Below, one piece after another: positions 47,520-61,222 of a stretch of DNA of 64,000 nucleotides. Every line of letters begins with the position of its first letter. Positions within the stretch are counted from its first letter, which is position 1. The position numbers were made by a program, and so were the translations under genes. The DNA is taken from positions 61,771,907-61,835,906 of the forward strand of contig NC_090393.1 in assembly GCF_036365525.1 (NCBI RefSeq), written 5' to 3'. Origin of the DNA: Heterodontus francisci. Lineage: Eukaryota. The notes under the pieces were generated by a model. The model ran no database searches. It saw only the letters and a list, made by a program, of their open reading frames with translations, and had not been told where the DNA came from.

Positions 47520-48537
47520 TGATGCACGAACTCCTCTTTGCTGACGATGCTGCTTTAACATCTCACACTGAAGAGTGTCTGCAGAGTCTCATTGACAGGT
47601 TTGCAGCTGCCTGCAACGAATTTGGCCTAACCATCAGCCTGAAGAAAACGAACATCATGGGGCAGGACGTTAGAAATGCTCCATCCATCAATATTGGCGA
47701 CCACGCTCTGGAAGTGGTTCAAGAGTTCACCTACCTAGGCTCAACTATCACCAGTAACCTGTCTCTAGATGCAGAAATCAACATGCGCATGGGAAAGGCT
47801 TCCACTGCTATGTCCAGACTGGCCAAGAGAGTGTGGGGAAAATGGCGCACTGACACGGAACACAAAAGTCCGAGTGTATCAAGCCTGTGTCCTCAGTACC
47901 TTGCTCTATGGCAGCGAGGCCTGGACAATGTATGTCAGCCAAGAGCGACGTCTCAATTCATTCCATCTTTGCTGCCTCCGGAGAATACTTGGCATCAGGT
48001 GGCAGGACCGTATCTCCAACACAGAAGTCCTCGAGGCGGCCAACATCCCCAGCTTATACACACTACTGAGTCAGTGGCACTTGAGATGGCTTGGCCATGT
48101 GAGCCGCATGGAAGATGACAGGATCCCCAAAGACACATTGTTCAGCGAGCTCGCCACTGGTATCAGATCCACCGGCCGTCCATGTCTCCGCTTTAAAGAC
48201 GTCTGCAAACGCACCATGAAGTCCTGTGACATTGATCACAAGTCGTGGGAGTCAGTTGCCAGCGTTCGCCAGAGCTGGCGGGCAGCCATAAAGGCGGGGC
48301 TAAAGTGTGGCGAGTCGAAGAGACTTAGCAGTTGGCAGGAAAAAAGACAGAAGCGCAAGGGGAGAGCCAACTGTGAAACAGCCCCGACAAACAAATTTTT
48401 CTGTAGCACCTGTGGAAGGGCCTGTCACTCTAGAGTTGGCCTTTATAGCGACTCCAGGCGCTGCTCCACACACCACTGACCACCTCCAGGCGCTTACCCA
48501 TTGTCTCTCGAGATAAGGAGGCCAAAGAAGAGAAGAG
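47520..48537 (+). mobile_element. RTE-clade (BovB-like) LINE, 5' truncated
   Basis: ELLFADDAAL, FGLTISLKKT, FTYLGST, LLYGSEAW, LRWLGHVSRM and CSTCGRACHSRVGL; GAAGA-type tail. Confidence 0.92.
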
Positions 48538-48844
48538 GTGTGGAGTGAAATTAGCAGTTTACTCTTGTAATTTGTGGTATTGTTTACATGCAATCAGGAA
48601 TGGTAGCACAGTGGTTATGTTACTGGACTAAATCTGGAGGCTAGGACTAATGTCCGGAGACATGAGTTCAAATCCCATCACAGCAGCTTGGGTAGTTAAG
48701 TTCAGTTAATTAAGCAAATCTGGAATAAAAAGCTGGTCTTCGTAGCGGTGACCATCAAGCTACCGGATTGTTGTGAAAACTCTTTTTTAAAAAAAAATAA
48801 AAGCAATATACTGTGGATGCTGGAACTCTGAAATAATAGAAAGT

Positions 48845-50370
48845 AGAACAAAGAACAGTACAGCACAGGAACAGGTCATTCGGCCCTCCAAGCCTGCGCC
48901 GATCAGGATGCCTAAACTAAAACCTCCTGCACTTCCGGGGTCCGTATCCCTCTATTCCCATCCTATTATTGTATTTGTGAAGATGCCTCTTAAACGTCGC
49001 TATGGTACCTGCTTCCACCACCTTCCCCGGCAGCAAGTTCCAGGCAATCACCACTCTCTGTAATAAAAAAAAAACTTGCCTCGCACATCCCCTCTCCAAA
49101 GCCTCCACATCCTTCTGGTAGTGTAGCGACCAGAATTGTATGCAATATCCCAAGTGTGGCCTAACTAAGGTTCTATACAGCTGCAGCATGACTTGCCAAT
49201 TTTTATACTCTATCCCCCGACCGATGAAGGCAAGCATGCCGTATGCCTTCTTGACTACCTTGTCCACCTGTGTTGCCACTTTCAGTGACCTGTGGACCTG
49301 TATGCCCAGATCTCTCTACCTGTCAATACTCCTAAGGGTTCTGCCATTTACTGTATACCTCCCACCTGCATTAGACCTTCCAAAATGCATTATCTCACAT
49401 CTGTCCGGATTAAAATCCATCTGCCATTTCTCCGCCCAAGTCTCCAACCGATCTATAATCCTGCTGTATCCTCTGACAATCCTCATCACTATCCGCAACT
49501 CCACCAACCTTTGTGTCATCCGCAAACTTACTAATCAGACCAGCTACATTTTCCTCCAAATCATTCATTTACATATACTACAAACAGCAAAGGTCCCAGC
49601 ACTGATCCCTGCGGAACACCACTAGTCACAGCCCTCCATCCAGAAAAGCACCCTTCCATTGCTACCCTCTGTCTTCTATGACCGAGCCAGTTCCGTATCC
49701 GTCTTGCCAGCTCACCTCTGATCCCGTGTGACTTCACCTTTTGTACCAGTCTGCCATGAGGGACCTTGTCAAAGGCTTTACTAAAGTCCATGTAGACAAC
49801 ATCCACTGCCCTTCCTTCATCAATCATCTCCGTCACTGCCTCAAAAAACTCGATCAAGTTAGTGAGACACGACCTCCCCTTCACAAAACCATGCTGCCTC
49901 TCGCTAATAAGTTCATTTGTTTCCAAATGGGAGTAAATCCTGTCCCGAAAAGTCCTCTCTAATAATTTCCCTACCACTGACGTAAGGCTCACCTGCCTGT
50001 AACTTCCTAGATTATCCTTGCTACCCTTCTTAAACAAAGGAACAACATTGGCTATTCTCCAGTCCTCTGGGACCTCACCTGTAGCCAATGAGGATGCAAA
50101 GATTTCTGTCAAGGCCCCAGCAATTTCTTCCCTTGCCTCCCTTAGTGTTCTGAGGTAGATCCCATCAGGCCCTGTGGACCTATCTACCTTAATGCTTTGC
50201 AAGACGCCCAACACCACCACCTTTTTGATAACGACATGACCCAGACTATCTACACTCCCTTCCCTTGAGTCATCATCCACCAAGTCCTTCTCTTTGGTGT
50301 ATACTGATGCAAAGTACTCATTTAGTACATCGCTCATTTCCTCTGGCTCCACGCATCGATTCCCTCCTTG
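48845..50370 (-). mobile_element. CR1 LINE, 5' truncated, with a short internal deletion
   Basis: 263-aa minus-strand ORF with RT motifs; AAAGAAC-type tail at 48845-48860. Confidence 0.93.
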
Positions 50371-50374
50371 GAGG

Positions 50375-52510
50375 GAAAATTGGAGTGCTGTCCCACAGGC
50401 CAGTCAAGCAATAGCCTGACGTAGTTATACTTGCAGAATCATACCAATGTCCTGAACTCCTCCATCACCATCCCGGAGTATGTCTAGAGGCGCTGTGGGC
50501 CATCTCAGCAGCAGTATTGTATTCAACTGCAATCTGTAACCTCATGGCCTGGCATATCCTTCACTCTACCATTACCATCAAACCAGGGGACCAACCTTGG
50601 TTCATTGAGGAGTGTGGAAGAATATGCCAGGAGCAGCACCAGGCATACGGAACAATGATGTGTTGATCTAGTGAAGCTACAATGCAGGACTACATGCACG
50701 CTAAACAGTGGAAGCAGCATTTGATAGAGCTAAGTGATTCTACAACCAACAGATCAGATCAAAGCTCTGCAGTCTTCCACATCCAATCATGAGTGATGGT
50801 GGGCAACTAAACAACTAACCAGAGGAGGAGACTCCATGAACATCCCCACCTCAATGATGGCAGAGCCCAGCAAATGAGTGCAAAAGATGAGGCTGAAGTG
50901 TTTGCAACTGTTTACAGCCGGAAGTGCTGGATGATCCATCTCTGCCTCCTCCTGAGGTCCCCAGATAACAGTCTTCAGCCAATTTGATTCACTCCACGTG
51001 ATATCAAGAAATGGCTGAGCACACTGGATGCAGCAAAGGCAGTGGGCTCTGACAGCATCCTGGCTGTAATGATGATGACTTCTGTTCTAGAACAAACTGC
51101 ACCCCTAGCCAAGCTGTTCCAGTATGCCACAACACTGGCATCTACCTGACAACATGGAAAATTGCCTATGTATGTCCTGTCCACAAAAAGCAGGAGAAAT
51201 CCAATCTGGCTAATTATCGTCCCATCAGTCTATATTTAATCATCAGTAAAGTGATGGAAGGTGTGCTATCACGTGCCATTTACTGACTGACAACCTGCTT
51301 ACTGCTCAGTTTGGGTTCCGCCAGGGCCACTTGGCTCCAGACCTCATTATTGCCTTGATCAAAACCTGGCCAAAAGAGAAGAATTCCAGAGGTGAGGTGT
51401 GAGTGACTGTCTTTGACATCAAGGAAGAATTTGACAGAGTGTGGCATCATGGAGCCCAAGTAAAACTGAGATCAGTGGGAATTGGGGGTGGGGTGGAATC
51501 TCTCCACTGGCTAGTCATACCTAGGACAAAGGAAGGTTGTTGGAGGCTGATGTCCTGGGCCCAACTATCTTCAGCTGACTATTCAATGACCTTGCCTCCA
51601 ACATAAGGCTAGAAGTGGGGATGTTTGCTGATGATTACACAGTATTAAGTACCTCAGTAAATGAAGCAGTCTGTGCCCACATGCAACACGACCTGGGCAA
51701 CATTCAGGCTGGGGTTGATAAGTGGTAAGTAACATTCATGCCACACAAGTGCCAGGCAATGGCTATCTCCATCAAGAGAGAATCTAACCACCTCCCTTTA
51801 AGATTTAATGGCATTGCCATTGCTGAATCCCCCACTATCAACATCCTGAGGGTTACCATTGACCAGAAACTCAATTGGACCACCCATATAAATACTGTGG
51901 CTGCAAGAGCAGGTCAGAGGCTGGGAGTTTTGCAGGGAGTAACTTACCTTCTGACTCCCAAATACCTGTCCACTATCTACAAGGCACAAGTCAGGAGTGT
52001 GATGGAATACTCTCCACTTGCCTGGATGAGTGCAGCTTCAACAACACTCAGGAAGCTCGACACCATCCAGGACACAGCAGCCGGCTTGATTAGCACTACA
52101 TCCACCACCTTCAGCATTCTTTCCCTTCACCACTGGCACGCTGTGGCTGCAGTGTACTATGTATAAGATGCACTGCAGAAATAGACAAAGACTCCATTGG
52201 CAGCATCTTCCAAACCTCTGAGACCCAAAATAACAAGGACAGCAGATGCATGGGAAAACCATCACCTGCAAGTTCCCTTCCAGATCATTGCCCATCCTGA
52301 CTTGGAACAATATCACTGGTCCTTTGCTGTCTTTGGGTTAAATCCTGGAACTCAGTCCTTTAACAGCACTGTGGGTGTCCCTACACCACATGGACTGCAG
52401 CAGTTTAAGAAAGTGGCTTGCCACCACCTTTTCGAGGGCAATTCTGAACTGGCAATAATGCTGGCCTTGCCAGCAATGCCGCTGTTCCACGGATGAATTA
52501 AAAAAAAAAA
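50375..52510 (+). mobile_element. Family B LINE, degenerate
   Basis: DIKEEFDRVWHHG, YKAQVRSVMEYSPLAW; 3' end GGCAATAATGCTGGCCTTGCCAGC plus an A-run. Confidence 0.85.
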
Positions 52511-52599
52511 TACCAGGCTGCGTCAGAGTTGTAAAGAAGTTTCCAAATCTCAAGTTCTAAGCCCAAGGTTTCCCTCTACCCTAACCCAGAGCAAGTGTG

Positions 52600-54660
52600 T
52601 TTCTTTGGTGTCCCTCCTAACTCCTCTAATTCCCCCTTCAAGCTCATTTAGTTCATGAGACCCAACGTCCTCCCGCTGACCACCCACTTTCGCTTGCTGG
52701 CTCCCATACTAACTGACCATTGTAAATGGTTCTTTTTCCTCAAGGTACTTTTTCTTCCCTTTGAAAACTGCTGTCATCAGTCCCTCTTCAAAACAATCTT
52801 CAGCCCTTTGTCCTTGTAAGCTAGCTCCCCATTTCCACCTTTTTTCTTATCCTTGAACGTGTCAGCTCTCAAAACCATGCCCACCTTTCCCATAACTCCA
52901 TGTTTGAATCTCTCCGATCACGTTTCTGGCTTGGCACAGCACCTAATTGGCCCTAACCAAAGTCAGAAACTTCACCTCATCTTCCGATAGTCACTGGACT
53001 CAACACTGAGTTCAACTTCAGACCATGACTGCCATTTTGATTGTTTTTTTTTGCCATGTGCCTGTCTTAAACGTGTTTTTCATATTTTTGCTTTCAGACA
53101 GAGCTGCTTATTATTCTGCCATCAACACTCTCTCTAGTCAAATGCTTTGTCTTTTACTATGGCTATTACTACTCCCTTTGCCTTTTGTTCCATGACCACT
53201 GTCTTTTAGTCTCTCCTGCCCTCCGCCTTAACACAGACCTTCCCTTTTGTTGTTCTCTTTTCCCCCACCTTTCACTTGCTCAAAGCCTATTGCGTTTGTA
53301 GCCTTTGCCAGTTCTGATGACAGATCATAGGTCTGAAACGTTAACTCTGTTTCTCTCCACAGATGTTGCCAGACCTACTGTGTATTTCCAACACTTTGTT
53401 TTTAATTCAGAAATGTGCTATCCCACATTGCCCTTCTTCACTTCTCTGCATCTTAATGTCAATTGCTGCATTTCTGCTAAAGTGCCTTTCCTCTGTTGTC
53501 CCGTTCAGAGGGACTGCCCTTGCTTGGTTCCACTCTCATTTATCCAATTGCAGCTGAGCATCTCCAGTAGTGACTTCTCTTCGTGTCCCACGCCATTACC
53601 TCTGGAAATCACTCGGATCCAACCTTTGTCTCTTCCAGTTTTTCTTACATTTAGTGTTCCTTGGGGACATATCCATTGACAAAGGGCCAATTGCTACAAT
53701 AAAAGCAAAATACTGCAGATGCTGGAAATCTGAAATAAAAACAGAAGGTGCTGGAAATTCTCAGCAGACATAAATCTGTTTCTCTCTCCACAGATTAACG
53801 TTTTAGATCTGTAACTTTTCATCAGAACTGGCCAATTGCCACATGCAGGCTGATGACATGCAGCTCTACCTCTTCACCACCTCTTTCAATTGTCAAACTG
53901 CTTCTTGGGCAACCAGTCATGGATGAGCTGCAATTTCCTCCAGTTATACATCGGGAAGACTGAAGCCATCATCTTCAGGCACCACCCCACACCACCGCAA
54001 ACTCTTATCCTCTCTACCGATTTCCCCTCTCTCCCTTGGCCACTGCTGCAGGTTAAACCAGACTGTTCACACCATGGTTTCCTGTTTGATCCTGAACTGA
54101 TCCTCCAACCCCATATCTTCTCTATCACAAGGATTGCCAGTTTCCAGTTCTGTACATTGCTCACCTATACTCATTTACTGCTGAAACCCTTAACCATGTC
54201 TTTGTCACCTCCTGGATGTGAGTATTGTAGTGTTGTCTGGGCTAGCCTCCCATGCTTAACATTCCATAAAATTCAGCTCATGCAAAACTCTGCTGTCCAT
54301 ATCCTATCCTGCACCAAGTACTGCTCGCCCATCATCCCTGTGCTTCCTGACCTATATATGATTTTGGTCCCCCAACAGCTCAAATTCAAAGTTCTCATCC
54401 TTCTCTCGCCCTACAACCCTTATCTGCTTTCTTCCACCTGTTCACTCTCCTTCCTTTGTCCACCCCATTGGCGACCATGCCTTCAGCTGACTAGGCCTAC
54501 AATCTGAAGTTCCCTCTCTAAAGCTTTCCAACTCTCTCTCCTTTAAGACCCACTGCTTGGCCAAGCTATAGTCACCCCTCCTAATCCTCTCTTTGGCTCA
54601 GCATTGATTTTTTAAATTTGTTTCTACATTCAGGCTGCTATATAAATGCAAATTCTGCTG
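52600..54660 (+). mobile_element. Old L2 LINE interrupted by Penelope-associated repeats (about 53000-53410 and 53695-53830)
   Basis: ADDMQLY, NFLQLYIGKTEAI, KIQLMQNSA, PIIPVLPDL; L2 tail GGCTGCTATATAAATGCAA. Confidence 0.7.
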
Positions 54661-54876
54661 ATATGGACAAATTGCTCACGTTTTGCTCTCATGGTTTGTT
54701 GTTCAAAACACTTGATTGAATCTGTGTTTTGTAAGTTACTAGTAGAAATTAGATACAAAACAAAAGACACCTCTTAGCAGGTGGCAGAGTTCAGAGTAGG
54801 TCCAGGCTGCTTGCTGACAGCATCTGTTCCTTTGATGGAAAGTGCACATGTAATGCTAATTAACTTGTTGCTCTAG

Positions 54877-55011
54877 GCTGTTCTATGTGGTGATGAGAAT
54901 GAAGGTTTAAAGCACCCTGGATTGATGCTGAAGTATTCTACGTATAAAAACCTGGCCAGTTTAGCATCCCAAAAAGATGACCCAAGTACAGCTATGGAAT
55001 TTTACCTGGAG
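54877..55011 (+). CDS. CABIN1: CABIN1 coding exon 4
   Basis: [49 protein letters not shown] bounded, 135 nt. Confidence 0.95.
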
Positions 55012-55636
55012 GTGAGAAGCTAAATATATTTATTTAAGAAAAACATCTTATGCAGGAACTCAGCTATGGATGTGAAGAAATCATTTTGAAAAGTTGCTCG
55101 ATTTCTTTCAGCAACCGTCTTAGTTTTTAGGTTAGCTAACACCAAACCATTTCCATGGCCCCTCGTTCCCAACTGTATTTGCTGGTCTTCAAATTAAAAG
55201 AAGCCAACAAAGTTTACATATCATTTTTGCTCCTCTTCTCTCTGATTCCTCACATGGCCCTTCCCTCACCTCCCCTTGCTGCTTTTTCCTTGGTCCCCTC
55301 ACGCTGCGCTATCCTGTATGTGTGACACTTCTCTTTGCTCCTCTTTCAAGACTGTTCGTGGTGCTTTGCGGGAGCACAGGGATGATGGATGAGCGGGACT
55401 TGGTGCAGGGTGTGGAGGCTGCAACAGATCGGCTCTTCCATGCATCCCACTTGGACAGGCCATTTGTCTCAACATAGTGGTATTCCTAGCAGTTTGAGAA
55501 CCACCGATTTATATGAAACCAATGCCATTTATTGGACCATGCACCAGGATCTTTATTTCTCTGGAGCTGAATTTTGCTTATTCTCTGTGCATGCAGTCCT
55601 CAATCCGCCTCTTTATTTGTAATGATTCTCTTACAG

Positions 55637-55817
55637 GCTGTGATGTTGGATTCTACGGATGTGAACCTATGGTATAAAATAGGCAGAGTGGCATTGAGAC
55701 TGATCCGTGTTCCACTGGCCCGCCATGCCTTTGAAGAAGGACTGAAGTGTAATGCCGATCACTGGCCATGTCTGGACAATCTTATCACCGTGCTGTACAC
55801 GCTTAGTGATTACACCA
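55637..55817 (+). CDS. CABIN1: CABIN1 coding exon 5 (TPR)
   Basis: [60 protein letters not shown], 181 nt, donor GTAAGT in phase 1. Confidence 0.96.
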
Positions 55818-55829
55818 GTAAGTTGAAAT

Positions 55830-56710
55830 GTCATACAAACGTACGGATTAGGAGCAGGAGTAGGCTACTCGGCCCCTCGAGCCTTTTCCGCCATTCAATA
55901 AGTTCATGGCTGAACTGATTACTCCCCATTTCCACCTACCCCCGATAACTTTTCACCCCCTTGCTTATCAAGAATCTGTCTACCTCTGCCCTAAAAATAT
56001 TCAAAGACTCTGCTTCCACCGCCTTTTGAAGAAGAGAATTCCAAAGACTCATGACCCTCCGAGAGAAACAATTTCTCCTCATCTCTGTCTTAAATGGGCG
56101 ACCTCTTATTTTTAAACAGTGACACCTAGTTATAGAATCCCCCACAAGGGGAAACATCCTTTCCATATCCACCCTGTCAAGACCCCTCAGGATCTTTTAT
56201 GTTTCAATCAAATCGCCTCTTATTCTTCTAAATTCCAGCAGATACAGGCATAGCCTGTCCAGTCTTTCCTCATAAGACAGCCTGCCCAATCCAGGTATTA
56301 ATCTAGTAAACCTTCTCTGTACTGCCTCCAATGCATTTACATCCTTCCTTAAATAAGGAGACCAATACTGTACACAGTACTCCAGATGTGGTCTCACCAA
56401 TGCCCTGTACAGCTGAAGCATAACCTCCCTACTTTTGTATTCAATTCCCCTCACGATAAAAGATCACATTCTATTAGCTTTCCTAATTACATGCTGTACT
56501 TGCATACTAACCTTTTGTGATTCATGCACTAGGACACCCAGATCCCTCTGCATCTCAGACCTCTGCAATCTCTCACCATTTAGATAGTATGCTTTTTTAT
56601 TCATCCTGCTGAAGTGGACAATTTCCCACTTTCCCACATTATACTCCATTTGCCAGGACTTTGCCCACTCACTTAACCTATCTATATCCCTTTGTAGCCC
56701 TCTTATGTCC
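55830..56710 (-). mobile_element. CR1 LINE 3' fragment immediately after CABIN1 exon 5
   Basis: MEYNVGKWE, LYRALVRPHLEYCVQYWSP, RMFPLVGDS on the minus strand. Confidence 0.9.
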
Positions 56711-58702
56711 TGAATTCCTGGTGAATGGTTCTCTATGGGATTGCCAGCTGCACCTTGTGCAGTAAGACCAATATTTGATACTTAAATTACTGTTGATTGG
56801 CATTAGTGAACAGGATCCTATGCCATCCTGGTGACTGCAATGACCCTTGCCATAAAGTGTGGACGTCAGAAAGAAGGCAGGTTTGGACTTTGATTGTGGT
56901 AACATCCATGGTCTATTTGCCAGTTAACATTGACTGTCTAGGCTTGCATACAAAGAATGGTCACTTGGCAGAAGTACTTGACTGCTAAGCCCTGTGAATT
57001 GATGCATCAGACCTTTCAGGGAAGAAAATGTGACCCAGAAGGGGAAATATTTAAAGCGGTACAATGAACCCTCTTTGCTTGTGCAAAGAGAGAAGGAGGA
57101 ACAGGAAAAATGAAATTTATTGTAATTATCCATTGTAGAAATGTTTTTGTTAAATTCAGTCATTTGTTCTTTTTATATTTCACCAGTCTTGTCTGGGCTG
57201 CATTTCCTGTAGTCAGTATTTTTTCTATCATTGTTTTATTACAGACGCATTTCTGCTGCACTATTTCAGTCATGCTTTGCAGTTTTTCTATTTATTTTAC
57301 TTGACCTGAGTGCTCTGCAGTAAATGGTACTATTGTTGAGTTACTTTCTGAGACCTCCCAAGTCATTTCCAGCCTACAAAAGCTTTGTGGGAAGCAACTT
57401 GTTATTTTGAATATAGTAAGCTTTTTGGAATTTTTTTTTAATTAAAAAATTTTATTTTGCTAAGTGACCCTCCACCCCACTGTTCCCAACACTTCTGGCA
57501 CCTGACCATTTGCTGCCATTGTCGTGCTGGCTGTCACGGCTTGATTTACCACCATCTGCTCACTCTTGGCTCCATTATCCATTTTTGGGATTACTTCTGA
57601 TCTTGGTTGCTGCTTCTTTGGCTTGCTCCCTGGGGGACTGGAACTTGGGCTAAGGAGATCTTTTGCAGATTTATTTACAATTTCTTTCACTGGAGATGAT
57701 CTCCCATCCCCAACTTCCTTTTCACCCTAGCGTTTCCCTCCTGCAACTCTTGAGTTATATGGATAGTGGAAGAGATATTTAGATTTAATGGAGCTATGTT
57801 TTTATTTTGTATTGCTTATAGAATAACAAGACCTAAGCTTTGAGGTTGCATTTGTACTAAACCCTAATGATTGCCTGAATGCAGACCTCTGGCTCCCAGT
57901 GAATTTTTGTATGTGTAAGAATGAGCGGAGTTAGTTCATCCATTTATTGAGAGTCTTTAGTTTAAATAGCTTTGAGACTGGAAAGAGTTAACTGTGTTTC
58001 AGGTGTGGCCCTTTGTGGTGTGGTGTTAGTCACACTGCTCTGTGGAATTAATGCAGGCTGCCCTCTGTCCCAGTCTTTAGAGTCTTTGGTATTATAAATC
58101 AGAGTACTTACTGGAAGATTATTTGTTAAAATATTCTTCTTTAGGAAGAGAAATACCTGGATTGATTCTTACAGGATGAGTAATTTGTTATGATTTGGAA
58201 AATGTATCTTGGAAGTAATCAATTTTTTGGGCTTGATAGATGTCTGCATTGTGCTCTGAGGTAACTAGTCATCAATATCCTATACTGAGAATACTAAATG
58301 ATTTGAGACAGAAAAGTAATAGTTAAGCAGCTGAAAGTTGGGTGCTGATCAGGTTTAAGAAGCTGACTACCTATTGTGTTTTTTAAATCCTTATTATCTA
58401 TAATGAACTGGGCATTGTGGTTGTAATGATGGTGAAACTGTCAGTGTTTGCCGTCAATACAACTGTGAAGCTGATAGCAACTTCTGGGGAATGCAGTTAA
58501 ATGCAGAAATTCAGAAGTTGCTGTCAGTGATTCCCTGCTTCTATTCAGGGTGTGCTGTTGAAGTCACTGCAAATGGAAAAGTTAGAAATCACTGGCTTTG
58601 GCGTGAACTCCCACTTTTTATGCTATTAGTCTTGCTATAAAACCCTTGGAAAAAGCTTTGTTGAATGAAGTTAGTTAGATTTGTAATGGTGTACTAAGTA
58701 AC

Positions 58703-58760
58703 CACTGACCACCTCCAGGCGCGTATCCATTGTCTCTCGAGATAAGGAGGCCCAAAAGAA
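58703..58760 (+). mobile_element. 58-bp RTE 3' end insertion with a 10-bp TSD
   Basis: CACTGACCACCTCCAGGCGC...GAGATAAGGAGGCCCAAAAGAA matches 48474-48530, flanked by ACTAAGTAAC at 58693-58702 and 58761-58770. Confidence 0.85.
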
Positions 58761-58981
58761 ACTAAGTAACTACTCCTGAACAACTTCTCTGGCCCTGAAA
58801 AATGAATTTTATGTTTGTGGAATGTCAAATTTCTCAATTGATAAATTCCATAGGTTTTTAATATATATATTTTTAAAAAGTTTTTGATATAGTCCCATGT
58901 GTATTTCGCTGTCTGTAAAATGATTAAAAAGTGAAGGACAATCAGTGCATTTCAGTTCCTGATTCGTTGTCTGAAAATACT

Positions 58982-59718
58982 TCCTTAGGAGTATTGACAG
59001 GCAGAGGGATCTGGGAGTACAGGTCCACAGGTCACTGAAAGTGGCAACGCAGGTGGATAAGGTAGTCAAGAAGGCATACGGCATGCTTGCCTTCATCGGT
59101 CGGGGCATAGAGTATAAAAATAGGCAAGTCATGCTGCAGCTGTACAGAACTTTAGTTAGGCCACACTTAGAATATTGCATGCAATTCTGGTCGCCACACT
59201 ACCAGAAGGACGTGGAGGCTTTGGAGAGGGTACAGAAGAGGTTTACCAGGATGTTGCCTGGTCTGGAGGGCATTAGCTATGAGGAGAGGTTGGATAAACT
59301 CAGATTGTTTTCACTGGAACGACGGAGGTGGAGGGGCGACATGATAGAGGTTTACAAAGTTATGAGCGGCATGGACAGAGTGGATAGTCAGAAGCTTTTT
59401 CCTGGGGCGGAAGAGTCAGTTACTAGGGGACATAGGTTTAAGGTGAGAGGGGCAAAGTTTAGAGGGGATGTGCGAGGCAAGTTCTTTACACAGAGGGTGG
59501 TGAGTGCCTGGAACTTGCTGCCGGGGGAGGTGGTGGAAGCAGGTACGATAATGACGTTTAAGAGGCATCTTGACAAATACATGAATAGGATGGGAATAGA
59601 GGGATACGGTCCCCGGAAGTGCAGAAGGTTTTAGTTTAGGCAGGCATCAAGATCGGCGCAGGCCTGGAGGGCCGAATGGCCTGTTCCTGTGCTGTACTGT
59701 TCTTTGTTCTTTGTTCTG
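58982..59718 (+). mobile_element. Young CR1 3' fragment with an uninterrupted ORF2 end
   Basis: 197-aa ORF 59041-59634, same subfamily as 48845-50370; GTTCTTT-repeat tail. Confidence 0.93.
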
Positions 59719-61092
59719 TGTGATTGGATGCTTGGCCTGCTTGATGGCATCACTTGCTGGATGCCGGAGATTCCCTATAATTGATGCCAAAATCAGATTA
59801 ACCTTGTGAAAGGTGAAATCCATGCAACAAAAATTGCTAATCTTTGTGGGCTGCCTACTTCTTAGTCAGTGGCGAATGCTGTCACTTAGCTGCTGACTGT
59901 AAAAGCGTGGGCCATTATCAATAATGTCTGTGCTGTGCCACTACTTTATTTCTTCCTGTTTCTGTTTTAACCATGTTACTCGCTTTTCTGCTAGAAATAT
60001 TTTGAGACTGTGATCTGGAGATTCCTCCTTGGACACAACCTGGAAGTTGCACCCAAAAATGTGCCCATTTTGCAGATGTTAAATTGCATCCAAATATCTT
60101 CCCAATCTTTAGATTACACTCAGACTTAAGGTGGACGTTCCTGTTCATAAATTAGTACAGTTGAGGCTGAAGGAGATGCTGAGCCCACACAAGTCGGTTA
60201 ATTCCTTAAGTCTTAAAATTAAAAGTTTCAACTAATTTAATCCACATTCATGCACATCAAGCGCAGCATTTTTAAGAATGTATAATCATGGTAGCTTTTC
60301 AATTGTTAATGTGACTTATGCTTTGACATAAAAATACATTCAGAGGAACTGATAATACGGAGCAGGTCTCAGCGAGGATAATTGGGAAAAAAAAGTTTAA
60401 AAAAAAAAATTAGAATTCAAAGACCAGATGCAAATCTGGGCACAATGTTGAAACCCTGCCCTGAGCAAGCTCAATTGGAGAATACTCGCGTTTGATAGGC
60501 GGGGGCATGACCAGTTTTGTGGATGGTGATTCGTTTGGACAGATGTAAAAGATCGAGCAGACTTGGATGCATTGTAGTCACATGTGTAAGTCACTTGCGC
60601 CCAAAATTCCATTTTAAGCTGCATAATTGGTTTCCGCCCAGATTGCATGTGAAACTCTGGCACCGTGCATGACTTATGTTGCTCTTATTCTGTGTTGTCA
60701 ACTGCTGTTCCTGCCTCAATTGTAGCATTTTGCATAGAACTGAAAGGAGCATTTTATAATTGTTGGAAGTATCTGAAAAACAGCAGAATAAATCCCAGAA
60801 TTTAATTTTGTGAGCTTTACATGGGGAGCTTGTACATAAAATGTATAATTTGCACAGCTATGATCTTCATGCAGACTGGTGCATACTTTGTGTGCTTGGT
60901 TTAGAAGTCATTCAAAACAGACATGCAGTGTGACCTATGCATAAGATTTAACATGGGTTTTAAAGCCAGTTTCTAAAGTTAATTAAATTGACTATTATAG
61001 ATATTGAAGCATGTATGGATAGTGGCAGCTCATTAAGCAAACTTCATGCATTATGAGAAAAACAATCGCATTAATCTTCTCTCCTGTTTCAG

Positions 61093-61222
61093 ATTGTCTT
61101 TATTATATTTGCAAAGCTTTGGAGAAGGATTGTCGGTACAGCAAGGGCTTAGTTTTGAAAGAGAAGATTTTCGAAGAACAGCCTTGTTTGAGAAAGGATT
61201 CCTTCCGTATGTTCTTGAAATG
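61093..61222 (+). CDS. CABIN1: CABIN1 coding exon 6 (gene continues beyond the window)
   Basis: (N)[42 protein letters not shown], 130 nt, donor GTAAGT. Confidence 0.95.
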
